Of a stretch of 64,000 bases of DNA, positions 10,311 to 20,645 are shown in pieces. Source of the stretch: Vulcanimicrobiota bacterium. Its GTDB lineage: Bacteria > Vulcanimicrobiota > Vulcanimicrobiia > Vulcanimicrobiales > Vulcanimicrobiaceae. The DNA is taken from positions 384,001-448,000 of the forward strand of contig OY970223.1 in assembly GCA_963714015.1 (NCBI GenBank), written 5' to 3'. How positions within the stretch are numbered: the first letter of the stretch is position 1; each line of letters begins with the position of its first letter. The notes beneath the pieces are model-generated. The model saw only the letters and a program-made list of their open reading frames with translations, had not been told where the DNA came from and ran no database searches. Made by a program: the position numbers and the translations under genes.

Positions 10311-11054
10311 ATGAAGCGATATCTTTCGATACTGGCGGCAGCGGCCGTAATCGCTGCCGCTCCGCTCGCGGCCTACGCGCACCCGATAATGGGCAGCGAC
10401 GGCGTCCTGCGCTTTCCGTTCGAGGACCGGGTGGCTCCCGCGCTCTTCTGCCGGCCGCTGTACGTTTGCGACATCGTGCTGGAACCCGGTGAGAGCGTGA
10501 TCAACGTGGCGATCGGCGACTCGACGCGCTGGCTGGTTTCGCCCGCGACAAGCGGAACGGTCAACTCTACCCCGCACATTTTGATCAAGCCGACCCAAGC
10601 GAACCTCTCGACCGACCTCATCGTCACGACGACGAAGCGCGCGTACTATCTGGATCTTCATTCGGCGAACGTCAAACCGATGATCCGCGTAGGCTTCACC
10701 TATCCGCAAGCGTTGGATGCAACCCACGAGAACGCGAGCGCTCCCGCTATGGCCAACATGGCGATGGGGGCCGGACCGGTCGCACCGCTGGACTTCAAAT
10801 ATCAGAGCACGGGCGCGCACGAGTTGTATCCCGTCACCGTTTATAACGACGGAAAGCACACGTACATTCGGCTGGACCCGAACATTCAGGCGCTGCCGGT
10901 GCTGTTCCAAGTCGGACCGGACGGCGACCAACTCGTAAACTATCGCGTGAAAGACGGCGACGAGTACATCGTCGACGCGGTTCCCAATCGCATCGCTTTG
11001 GTTCTCGGAAGCGGCAAGAACATGCTGCGCGCCGAGGTCTTCCGCAAGCAATAA
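10311..11054 (+). CDS. trbG: TrbG/VirB9
   Basis: Signal peptide; C.PL.VCDIVLEPGE, GDSTRW, T.LIVTTTKRAY, VYNDGKHTYI, LVNYRV. Confidence 0.92.
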   Translation: MKRYLSILAAAAVIAAAPLAAYAHPIMGSDGVLRFPFEDRVAPALFCRPLYVCDIVLEPGESVINVAIGDSTRWLVSPATSGTVNSTPHILIKPTQANLSTDLIVTTTKRAYYLDLHSANVKPMIRVGFTYPQALDATHENASAPAMANMAMGAGPVAPLDFKYQSTGAHELYPVTVYNDGKHTYIRLDPNIQALPVLFQVGPDGDQLVNYRVKDGDEYIVDAVPNRIALVLGSGKNMLRAEVFRKQ

Positions 11055-11065
11055 GGAGTACGATC

Positions 11066-12392
11066 ATGTCAGGAATTATCGACGGCAAACCCAAGGCGCC
11101 CGAATCACCGGCCGTTGCAACGCCGCTGGCTGCCGGCGGACTGAAAGGAAAAGTCACCGGCGTAACGCGCATGAGCTCGCGCGCCGGATTCATCGCGATC
11201 GCCGCGCTGGCCGTAATCGTCTTCGCGATCTTTTACGGCGTCACGTCCAATACCGCACACTCGAATTCGAACCGCGTTGCGGCGGCGGAGCCGACACCGC
11301 AAGCAATCTCGACGGACGTGCCGATTATCGACGACATCCCGGGCGCCAACGCCGGAGCAGCGCCGGCCGATCCTCGCGGGAACGGCTCGCGCGACAACGA
11401 ACCGCACCGGCCGGCAAGGGGACAATCGCCGCAACAGGAGCAGGCCGAACAAGCGCAGCAGGCCGCGCAGGCTCAGCAAACCGGGCAACAGCAACCGGCT
11501 GGGCAAAACCAGGCTCCGCCCCAATTGCAAAGTGCGCCGCAAGTGCAAGCGGCTGCACAGATTCAGAATGCGGCGGCCATGGCGCAAGCGATGCTTCCGC
11601 AGCAGCCTACAGCGGCCGAAATGCGCTCGCAGCAAGCCGCAGAGCTGGCAATGGTGAAACGGTCGCAGCAGGATCAAGTCGCAGAGGTCGAGCGCAACGC
11701 ACGGCAGTCGTCAATCCTGATCGGCGGCGCCGCATCGAATGCAGCGCCGGCGACTGCGTCCACTCCCGCAAGCTCCCAGACGCAAGATGCATCACCGTAC
11801 GTCGTGCAAGAGGGCTCCGTCATTCCGGCAACGCTGCTGACCGGGCTCAATTCCGATTTGCCGGGAACGGTGATTGCGATGGTCAATCACGACGTCTATG
11901 ACTCTCAGACCGGGAAATACCGGTTGATTCCAGCCGGCTCCAAGCTCGTCGGACGCTTCGAATCGCAAGTCGTCCAGGGACAGAGCCGCGTGATGGTCGG
12001 GTGGAACCGGATCCTTTATCCGAATGGAACGTCGGTCGACATCAGCGGCGCCGAAGGTGCCGATGCGGCCGGCTACTCCGGCTTCACCGGAAAAGTCGAC
12101 AAGCACACGAATATTTTCAATACCATCTTGAGCAGCATTATCGGCATCGGCACCGCGATCGTCTCGCAACCGCGCGTCGTCATCGCCGGGCCCGTCGGCG
12201 GAGCCGTGGTCATGCAGCCCTCAGTCGGACAGCAAGCGGCGACTCAAGCCGGGCAGCAGGCTTCAACAGCAGATCTCGCAATCGAACAACGCGAGCGGCC
12301 AGCAGCGTCCGACGATCGAGGTACGACCCGGGTACATCTTCAACATCTTGGTGAACCACGATCTCGTCCTGGCGGCACCGTACGAAAATTGA
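11066..12392 (+). CDS. trbI: TrbI/VirB10 (frameshift near 12295)
   Basis: GSVIPATLLTGLNSDLPG.V.A.V..DVYDS.TG..LIPAGSKLVG, GYSGFTGKVDKH. The canonical C-terminus PTIEVRPGYIFNILVNHDLVLAAPYEN* is in another frame and ends at TGA 12390-12392. Confidence 0.9.
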
Positions 12393-12958
12393 ATGCTCCA
12401 CAGATGCGCCGAATCGGCCGGAGCGGCGCGCTCGTTCTGGCGATTGCCGCGCTAGCCGACGGCATGATGGTTGGAGCGCATGCCCTGGGCCTGCGCCTCA
12501 ACACGACGCCGAGCATGCCGATGGGGATCTATCGCGTGCAGCCGGCTGGAGGCGCACAACTGCAACGGGGGACAATCGTTGCAATCTGTCCGTCCAGACG
12601 CGCACTGGCGGTCGCGATTCCGCGCCGCTACTTGATGCCGGGACACTGCGCCGGGAACGTCGAGCCTTTACTGAAACACGTCGCCGCCGTTGCCGGAGAT
12701 CGCGTAGAGGTGTCCGACGCCGGCGTCGTGGTTAACGGTACGCCGCTGCCGAACAGCGTTCGTCTGCAAAGCGACTGCGCGGGACGTTCGCTTCCGCGAA
12801 TTCCGTCCGGGCGCTACGTCATTCCCAACGGCGAGGTTTGGCTTTATGCGCCGGTGGCGCGCAGTTGGGATTCCCGCTATTTCGGTCCCACGCCGGCCGC
12901 GAACGTCGTCGGCATAGCGACGTCTATTCTAACGATAAGCCGGACAGCAACTTGCTAA
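12389..12958 (+). CDS. traF: conjugative transfer signal peptidase TraF (S26 family, pilin maturation)
   Basis: RLNTTPSMPMGIY (catalytic Ser), LLKHVAAVAGDRV (Lys), SWDSRYFGP. Start is TTG 12389 or ATG 12404. Confidence 0.88.
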   Translation: MNAPQMRRIGRSGALVLAIAALADGMMVGAHALGLRLNTTPSMPMGIYRVQPAGGAQLQRGTIVAICPSRRALAVAIPRRYLMPGHCAGNVEPLLKHVAAVAGDRVEVSDAGVVVNGTPLPNSVRLQSDCAGRSLPRIPSGRYVIPNGEVWLYAPVARSWDSRYFGPTPAANVVGIATSILTISRTATC

Positions 12959-13004
12959 CTACCCGACTGCGGCTGTAGGGCGCGGGTTATGTGGTAGGTG
13001 CGTT

Positions 13005-13384
13005 TACGGGGCTGTCTTTTCAATGACGAAGGCCGGTTCAATCAAGATCCTTTAGTCCTTCAAAAGCTCCGGCGATGCCCACTACCCGCTTGCAGGGCAA
13101 TCCGGCGGCGTCTACGGGCTGGGAGCGGTCTTCGCCGTTACATTGAACGGTGAGGAGCACGTCGTCATAGTTTTTCGGGAAAGAACGGCGACAGTGCGTC
13201 TTCATTCGATATCCCGATCATCGTGAAAGGCGTCTTATACGGCGTAACCTACGCCGGCGGTAAGTACGGAAAGGGTATGCTCTACAGCCTTACGACGAAC
13301 GGCGTAGAACATATCTTACATGCCTTCGGAAACGATTCCGATGGTGCGTATCCGGTCGGCTTGCGCAATGTTAATGGGCGCTAA
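13005..13384 (+). pseudogene. remnant of a Gloeo/Verruco (GloVer) tandem-repeat surface protein
   Basis: Manual translation: ...KGVLYGVTYAGGKYGKGMLYSLTTNGVEHILHAFGNDSDGAYP... preceded by broken copies (YGAVFSMTKAG, GLGAVFAVTLNGEEHVV) with stops and frameshifts. Confidence 0.6.
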
Positions 13385-15660
13385 GGCTCTCTTAGGCAGC
13401 CGCGGCATCCACGTCGGCCGCGCCGTTCAGCAATTCCGCGAGCTCGTTCAGAACTGCCTCGACGATCGGATGATCGGAGCCCAGTTCGTTTTCGTAAATC
13501 TCCAGGGCGCGGCGATGCAGGTTGGCGGCTTCGGCATGGCGGTTCGTATCCCGCAAGAGACTTCGCAAGCGCGTTGAGATTTGCTGCGACGTGCGGATCC
13601 CGTTCTTCTTTCGAGCGTTCCGCTATGGCCAAACCCAGCCGAAGAAGCTTTTCCGAGTCGAGGAATGCCGCGCGCTTAGCGAGGTAGTTGCCGCAAGCGT
13701 TTGCCAGTCGCGCGCCCGGCGCGAACCCGCTCCCGGCATCGAGTGAAGCGAGCGCCGCGCGTCCGTGCGGTAACAGCCGTTCACACAAACGCCAGGTCGC
13801 AAAGTCGACCGGCGGAAACGCAGATTCGACGGCGCCGACTGCGCTTTGAATCCACGGCTGCGGATCGCTGCCTGCAAACCTGCGAGCCGCCTGCTGAACG
13901 AGCGGATGCATCCGGTAGCTGCGCGTCTCCGGTGAAAAGACGAGCAGCGAAAAACGGTGGAGCGCGCCGAGCGCGTCATCGGTGTGGGCCGCGCTGGCGA
14001 TGCAGGATCGCAAATCCAGCGCCGGCGTTTGGGTTCCCAGGCCCGGCGCAAGACTGCCTGCATAAATTTCCGGCGGTTGCACGAAGAGTTCTTCGGCAAT
14101 CGCATCCGGCGCGAAAAACGACGAGAGTACCAGCAATGCCGCGGCGCCGGGAGCCTCTTCTTCGGCCCGCACGATCGCCTCGCAGAACGTGGCCAAAACG
14201 GCTTGCTGGTAGTCGGCTCCGCGCGGAGCGATTGCCAGATGATCGCCGATACGACCCAGGTACCGGCGGGCGGTCACGTTCGGCGTCGCGCGCAAGTATG
14301 CCGCGGCGTGCGCGACGGCAAGTGGAAAACATTCGAGCCGGCGAGCAATCTCTTCGGCTTCGGCCGCGCCGATGTCGGCGCGTCCAATCTCGCGACACAA
14401 ATAATTTACCGTCTCTTCGACACGCCACGTGTCCAACCAGATCGGACAGACGTCGCCGCTCCAGGCGGAGTATCGTGAGGTCACGATAACATGCGCGCCG
14501 GAAGCGGCCCATTCGCGCAGGAGCCTATCGTCGTGAACGTTATCGTAGATCAGCAGCGCCGGTTTGCCGAACGTATCTAATTCGTTTGCGATCACTTGTG
14601 CGGCAGCGGCTCGGCGATCGCCGGCTTTTTCCAGGTCCGGAACGATCTGCGAACCCAGGCGGACGAGTCCTTCGATGATGCCGGCTTCGTCCTCGGCATT
14701 AAGGGACCAAATAACGCTATAACGATCGCGATTGCGCCGCGCGTATTCACGAGCGATCGCGGATTTTCCGATTCCGCCTAGTCCGTGAACGACGGCAATC
14801 TTGCCTTGATTCCATAACGCATGTTCGATGGCGCTCAGTTCGTCCTCACGGCCGGTGAAACTCGGCGTGATGCGAACGGCGTCCGTTCCCACGATCGACT
14901 CCGGCCGCTGCCGGGGCGCGGCGCCCTGCAGTTCGTCCGCCGATGCGGCGCGGCGATATTCAGCGGTGGTTTCGGCCATGGGAGAAACGCCGAGCTCTTC
15001 TTCGAGGCGTTTTGCGAATTCCTGATACGTCGAGAGCGCGCCCGCCCGATCGCCGCTCGCGTGACGCAGCGCAATGAGCGCACGGATCCCGTCCTCGCGC
15101 CAGGGATCCACGGCGAGCAATTTTTTCGTGTACGCAATTGCTTCGCCGAAGTTACCGCGTTCGCGGTTTACGGAGACGAGGTTGAGCAGCAGCTCGATCT
15201 GACGCTCGCGGAAGCGATCGCGATGCTCCGAAAGCCACTCGTCCTCGAAGCCTTCAAGCAGTTCGCCCCGATACAAGGCAACCGCATCGGCAGCCGTCGA
15301 CGGTTCGGCGCTGCACTTGCGGAACGCCGTGAGGTCGCACCATGCCGGCGCGTTGGGGTTCCACCGAACGGTCCGTTTGTCCGAAAGTATCCAGGGCGCG
15401 TCCGCGGGCGCCGGGGGTAGCGCGTCGTTGACTAAGTAGTAGAGGTGGCGGCGCAAATCGGCGCGGGCGTCGCTCTCCGTGTGGTCGGGCCAGAGGGCGA
15501 AGGCGACCGCGTCGCGGGAGAGCGCCGTATCGGAATGGACGAGCAAGTAAGCCAGGAGGGACAAGGCGCGCTGCGGTGCCTTGAACTTCAAGGGCGCATT
15601 CCCGTCGCTCAGATGAGCCCGGCCAAAAAGATGGATCCGGACGTTTGGATAGTCGATCAA
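13381..15660 (-). CDS. AfsR/SARP-family regulator: wHTH-BTAD + NB-ARC ATPase + short TPR tail
   Basis: LLAYLL...LSRDAVAFALWPD, AVALYRGELLEGFEDEWL, LAVDPWRED, FTGREDEL, VHGLGGIGKS, LLIYDNV, FPLAVAHAAAYL; probable frameshift near the 3' end. Confidence 0.88.
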   Translation of the reverse strand: MIDYPNVRIHLFGRAHLSDGNAPLKFKAPQRALSLLAYLLVHSDTALSRDAVAFALWPDHTESDARADLRRHLYYLVNDALPPAPADAPWILSDKRTVRWNPNAPAWCDLTAFRKCSAEPSTAADAVALYRGELLEGFEDEWLSEHRDRFRERQIELLLNLVSVNRERGNFGEAIAYTKKLLAVDPWREDGIRALIALRHASGDRAGALSTYQEFAKRLEEELGVSPMAETTAEYRRAASADELQGAAPRQRPESIVGTDAVRITPSFTGREDELSAIEHALWNQGKIAVVHGLGGIGKSAIAREYARRNRDRYSVIWSLNAEDEAGIIEGLVRLGSQIVPDLEKAGDRRAAAAQVIANELDTFGKPALLIYDNVHDDRLLREWAASGAHVIVTSRYSAWSGDVCPIWLDTWRVEETVNYLCREIGRADIGAAEAEEIARRLECFPLAVAHAAAYLRATPNVTARRYLGRIGDHLAIAPRGADYQQAVLATFCEAIVRAEEEAPGAAALLVLSSFFAPDAIAEELFVQPPEIYAGSLAPGLGTQTPALDLRSCIASAAHTDDALGALHRFSLLVFSPETRSYRMHPLVQQAARRFAGSDPQPWIQSAVGAVESAFPPVDFATWRLCERLLPHGRAALASLDAGSGFAPGARLANACGNYLAKRAAFLDSEKLLRLGLAIAERSKEERDPHVAANLNALAKSLAGYEPPCRSRQPASPRPGDLRKRTGLRSSDRRGSSERARGIAERRGRRGCRGCLREP

Positions 15661-15766
15661 CGCTGCCCCCCGTGCGCACGGCCCAGGCCGTGCTTCTGCT
15701 CTAGGGAGATCCTAGCCGGGCGAGGGGCGGCCCGACATCGACACCCGCACAGTTAGCCGATACAGT

Positions 15767-18599
15767 TCATCCGGCGCGCGCCTCGCGCCGAAGTCCGTGA
15801 AAGGCTTGCCATACCGTGGCAATCAGCCCGTCCTCGGCCGCCATGGGAATGCCGATGCGGTTGAAATGCATATGGAGCAAGCTGGCGCAAAGCTCGTCCG
15901 AATCGACGGCGAGGCGCCCCTCTCTTCTTTTCGCCATTCCGGAGGATCGGTCAGCATCCCGCGAATTCGCCGGACGCGAGGCCATTGAACGTTACGGGCC
16001 GCGCGCGCGATTTCCCGATTGCGCTCCATCCAACGATCGCCGTCAAAATGTTCGAACCATTGCTGGAGGAAAGCGCCGGCGAAAAGGAGCGACGCGGTGA
16101 CGCGCGACTCCCAAGTCAACGCGGGAGCGGAAGCGATAAACTCCAGCGCACGTCCGCTGTCGACGTGAAAGAGTTGCTCTGCGAGCGGCATCGCAGCCGC
16201 GCCGCCGTAGCGTTCCAGCTCCGGGATGTACGTATCCAACGCGTAGCGCGGTATCAGACCGCGACCGACCAAGGCCGTCAAAGCGCCGGCGAGCCCTGCC
16301 AGCAACGCTTTGCCATCGCCCGGCGTGTGGAATCGAATGCGCAGATGTGGTTGGGGGTCGGCATAGCGCAGAAAGAACCAACGGTCGATGGAGGCTCCGT
16401 TCAAAGACGCAAACAGCAGCGGAATCGATCGGATCAGCCCATCGATCTCCGATGCCGGGCAGTAAAGTTTCGCAAACGCCCACTCACTTCCCGGAGCAAA
16501 GGATTCCGCCGGGCCCGTTTCGGTGAACGCGGCGCTGCGGGCGGGGCGCGGCGCGGCCTGCGGCGCAATACCGGCGACGAACTCGTGCAAATAGCGCTCG
16601 CCGTCCTTAGCGAGCCAGAGGTGATCGAAGTCGGGAAACATCTCTTCCAACCGCAGCTTGGACCCGATTGGATAGCCGTCGTTGCCTGAACCCATTTGAT
16701 CGCGAATCAATTCAACCGATACGGGCGAGTCGAGATCCAAAAGCAGGCTCGAGATCCCGTTCCACGAGATAGACCCATCGCGGCACGTTCCAGCTTTCGC
16801 GCCAGTGCTGCAGGAACCGGTTCAAATCGTCTTTATGCGCGAACAGTTCTTCTCTCGTGAGCGTCCATACGGCCGGAGCGAGCACGAGCCTTTCATAGCG
16901 GACGCGCGGAGTGAACGGCATTTGAGCGGCGAAACCCCATGACCACAAGCGCGGAAGAACGTGATCTTGTTTTCCGATCATCGAAAGCAGCCGCATGTGG
17001 GGCGGCCCGAAGTAGGTCACCTGCAGCATGTAACTTTCTTTAATGAGCAGCCTGCGTTTGAGCGTGCGCGAATATGCGACGAATCGCGTACCTTCCAGGC
17101 CAATCAGAATATCGCGCGGCTCGATGCGGACGACACCGGCGGGCAATCGCTCGCGCCGGCCGGCCACGGCATAGCCGCTCGCAGGCACTTGCAGCAAACC
17201 GGCATAGTGCTGATCGTGCGGCGTGAATACGAGTTCGACCGGAAGCGGCGCATTGGGATCGGCGTCCGAGGACTCTTGAAGTGCGCCCGCGTCGATGTCG
17301 AGCGCTTCGGCAAACCGGTGGACCGTTTTATACGTGCCGTCCGTGGCCAGTCCGTGAACGGGACGAATCAGATAATTTCCCTCATCGAGATCCGCCCGAT
17401 CCTTCGCCGCGATTTGAAAACCGATCTCGCAGCCGTTCGTGCACGATGAACTCTCGGGCTGCAATCCGAGAGGCTGCAGATCTTGCCGCTTCAGCACGGC
17501 CTCTCGGCATCCGTCACGCAGTGCGCGGGCGATCAGGCGGGCTCGCAGATCGTCCTTTACTGCATCCGGCGCATCGGGCAGGTCCATCGGATCGTCCGGT
17601 GCTCCGATTCCGGAATCGGGGTCGACGAGTTCGAGCAGCGGTATGCGCCTGGAGTCGCCTTCGTAGCGCTCCATGAATTTGGACCGATATTTGGCGAGTA
17701 CCCGGGGACGCGCATTTGCAGTCATCAATGAAGCAAGAACGCTTGCGTCGGAGATCACTCGTTCCCCGAGCGCTCCTTCAAATGACTGAATCATGTTGAC
17801 TTGCGTGCCGGCCGGAACGCGGGCAGCGAAAATTTCAGTTGCGGCTTGCGGCGCTCGTTCGGGCGGTTCGCAGCCGGAAGGCCGCGTAAAAATCAGACAC
17901 CCGATATCGAGCAGCTTGTTTGTAGAGCTGTTCGGCGGCAGCCGGCGGCATTTGCAGCCTGTCGCACAAGGCGGTGCGCAGATCGCGCAGCGGCCGGTCG
18001 ATCGACGCGATCCGCAATATCTCCTCGAGCTGAGCCGACCAGCGAACGTTGAGCGGTTCGTAGTGCAGAATAACCGGATCGGCCGTATCCAAGCCTCGAC
18101 GCAGCCGCTCGGGGTGCCGTATGTGCAGCCGGTCGCCCCGCAAGACCAGCAAATCATTGGCGACGACCGGCAGATCTTCGCGTAACGTCCGATCGCTTTC
18201 ACTTGCCGCCAGTGCTGCATGCGTTTGGGCCGGATCGGTCGCCACGAATAGTTCGGGCGCCCGCGACGAAAGCTGCAACGTGGACGCGGGTCCTTGCTGC
18301 ACAACACCCGTGCCGGCAAACAGGCCGAACGGCGTGCTGCGGGTCGCCATCCGAAGCGCATAGGCGAGGGCCTTCAGCGGCGCGCGTTTCTTCTTTGCGG
18401 CGCCGCCGCGGCTCCACCTTTTGAGGCTTTCATGCAAGCTCGGCGACGCCAGAGCGATCGCCGCATCGAACAGTCCGGACTCGCGCAGCAGATCGCGCGT
18501 TGCCTCAAGCGGATCCGCCGCAGCGAAAATGTCGCGCGCAACGCGTGCCGGGAACATCGGAACCCGTCCGGTCAGCAGCACGATCCGGTTCTTGCGCAT
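15767..18599 (-). CDS. lanB: full-length LanB-type lantibiotic dehydratase (glutamylation + elimination domains), frameshifted
   Basis: AAIALASPSL, YALRMATRSTPFGLFAG, FTPRVRYERLVLAPAVW, VPRWVYLVERD..LDLDSP, WAFAKLY, WFFLRYADPQPHLRIRF, YIPELERYGG, AEQLFHVDS and SLLHMHFNRIG across four ORF pieces. Confidence 0.9.
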
Positions 18600-18926
18600 C
18601 TAAGGACCGACCACCGTCACGCTTCCGCGCATGTACGGATGCGGTTCACAGTAATAGTCGTACCGGCCGGCCTTGTGAAAGGTCGTCGTCCAGGACTTGT
18701 GCCAGTCGATCGGTCCCGAATCGATCGATTCCGCCGCTTGCGCGGTCACGGTGTGCGCTTGTTCGTCCTCGTTGACGAACGTCACCGAATCACCGACGTG
18801 AACGCGCAGGTTTTCGGGATGGTAACTATAGTCCGCGATGTGTACGACGTAATGGTGGTGGTTCGACGCACCCGGAGCGGCCGCTAGGAGCAGCACCGCG
18901 GCGATGGACGAAAGAAGTATTTTCAC
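18600..18926 (-). CDS. secreted cupredoxin (plastocyanin/amicyanin-like)
   Basis: Signal peptide; VHVGDSVTFVNED..AHTVT and YDYYCEPHPYMRG (type 1 Cu ligands H, C, H, M). Confidence 0.92.
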   Translation of the reverse strand: MKILLSSIAAVLLLAAAPGASNHHHYVVHIADYSYHPENLRVHVGDSVTFVNEDEQAHTVTAQAAESIDSGPIDWHKSWTTTFHKAGRYDYYCEPHPYMRGSVTVVGP

Positions 18927-18947
18927 GAACGATCCCTGCCTTTTCTT

Positions 18948-20645
18948 TTAAAGAGAGAACACGTAGAGTTTGCCGCCTCGAGGCACGTGCGCGGTCAATT
19001 GCGCAGCAGGCCCGCCGAAAGCCGCGAGTCCGCCGCCATATCCGCAGTAAACGGCCACGTACTGTTTACCGTCGACCATATACGTTACGGGCGGCGCAAC
19101 GATTCCCGATTGGAGCTGCTGATGCCAGAGCACCTTACCGGTCTTTGCATCGAAGGCGTAGAAACGGCCGCCCGCATTTCCGCTAAATACCAGGCCGCTC
19201 GCTGTGTCGAGCACGCCGCCGGTCCAAGGATAATCGCTGGGGTGCGTCCACACTTTTCGCCCGGTCAGCGTGTCGATGGCGCTCAATTCGCCGAAACCGT
19301 GCGCACCGGGTTCTGCAACGGTCAGGGACACTTCGCCGAAATAGCCGAACCGTTCGCGTAAATTCCCCGTTCCGGTTACTTGCGCGCACAGGTGCAATAT
19401 CGGAACGTACGCAAGTTTCGTCACCGGACTGTAGGCCATCGGATACCAGTTCTTGCCGCCGCCCGAACTAGGGCAGTCCAGCACCGTCTTGCCGACTTGC
19501 GGGTATTTTTGCGGATCCAGTATTGCCTTGCCTTGCGAGTCGTATCCGAGAATCGTGTTGTTCTTTACAAAGGGCCGAGCGTAAATGAGTTTGCCGCTTC
19601 GGCGATCGATGGCGAAGAAGTATCCGTTGCGATCCGCGTGCACGATTGCCGGAATACGGCGTCCGCCGCGCTGCAGTGTAACGAGCACCAGTTCGTTGAC
19701 GCCGTCGTAATCCCAAGAATCGTGCGGCGTATATTGGTAATACCACTTCATCGCACCGTCCGACGGGTCGAGTGCGAGCAGCGAATCCGTAAAGAGGTTC
19801 GCGCCGGGACGCTTTCCGCCGAACCACGGACCCGGATTTCCGGTTCCCCAAAACAACGTGTTGGTCTGCGGATCGTATGAACCGGTAACCCACGTGTCGC
19901 CGCCGCCGCGTTTGTACGCACCAGCGGGCCAAGTATTTCCTCCGGGTTCGCCGGGCGACGGAACGGTCCATCGCTTCCATAACCGCCGGCCCGTCTGCGC
20001 GTCGAATGCCGCTATGAACCCACGCGCGCCGAATTCGCCTCCGGCCACTCCGGTGATAACGCGTCCGCCTACGACGAGCGGCGCGCCGGTGATGGCGTGA
20101 TCTTTTCCGACCGCGACGACTTGACGGCTCCAGACGAGGCGACCGCTTTGCGCGTCGAGCGCGATCAAACGATCGTCGATCGTTCCGAGGAAAACATCGT
20201 TTCCATAGAGTGCTACACCGCGGTTGACGACGTCGCAGCAAACCGCGCGCAGCGCTTGCATGGAGATGTTCGGCACGTATTTCCAGAGTACGCGTCCGCC
20301 GGCTGCGTCCAGCGCGATCACGGTATCCATCGGCGTGGTGATGAACATCGTGCTCCCGTTGACCACAGGCGGAGATTCGTGCCCCTGCGGCAAGCCGGTT
20401 ACGTACGTGAATGCGACGTGAAGCGATCGAACGTTGGAGGGAGTGATCCGAGTGAACGGCGCGTACGCGCGGCTGTCGTAAGAACGGCGATACATCAGCC
20501 ATCCGTCGTCGCCGCCGGCCTCGAGAAGGCGAGCGTTGGTAACACTTGGATAGTCTTGATTCGCGCGGCCGTGGAGAGCCAACGGTCCCCAGAACAGTAA
20601 GACCAGAAAACCGCAGCAGAGCAGGAAGCGCCCTATCACTTTCAA
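18948..20645 (-). CDS. PQQ-dependent dehydrogenase, methanol/ethanol family
   Basis: Vicinal CC (AVCCDVVNRGVA), GGEFGARGF, WVTGSYDP..N.LFWGTGNPGPW, YQYTPHDSWDYDGVNE, ADRNGYFF, GGKNWYP, P.TYMVDGKQYVAV; no C-terminal heme domain. Confidence 0.95.
   Translation of the reverse strand: MKVIGRFLLCCGFLVLLFWGPLALHGRANQDYPSVTNARLLEAGGDDGWLMYRRSYDSRAYAPFTRITPSNVRSLHVAFTYVTGLPQGHESPPVVNGSTMFITTPMDTVIALDAAGGRVLWKYVPNISMQALRAVCCDVVNRGVALYGNDVFLGTIDDRLIALDAQSGRLVWSRQVVAVGKDHAITGAPLVVGGRVITGVAGGEFGARGFIAAFDAQTGRRLWKRWTVPSPGEPGGNTWPAGAYKRGGGDTWVTGSYDPQTNTLFWGTGNPGPWFGGKRPGANLFTDSLLALDPSDGAMKWYYQYTPHDSWDYDGVNELVLVTLQRGGRRIPAIVHADRNGYFFAIDRRSGKLIYARPFVKNNTILGYDSQGKAILDPQKYPQVGKTVLDCPSSGGGKNWYPMAYSPVTKLAYVPILHLCAQVTGTGNLRERFGYFGEVSLTVAEPGAHGFGELSAIDTLTGRKVWTHPSDYPWTGGVLDTASGLVFSGNAGGRFYAFDAKTGKVLWHQQLQSGIVAPPVTYMVDGKQYVAVYCGYGGGLAAFGGPAAQLTAHVPRGGKLYVFSL

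Noticed and set aside
5978..11051. Long antisense ORFs (5978-7345, 9465-11051; similarly 19468-20781 and 36852-38129)
   Set aside because: Shadow or alternate-frame ORFs of well-supported genes in GC-rich DNA, with no motifs.
11066..12958. Apparent 630-aa TrbI-TraF fusion in the ORF track
   Set aside because: The canonical TrbI C-terminus and its own stop (12392) lie in another frame; a frameshift near 12295 creates the false fusion.
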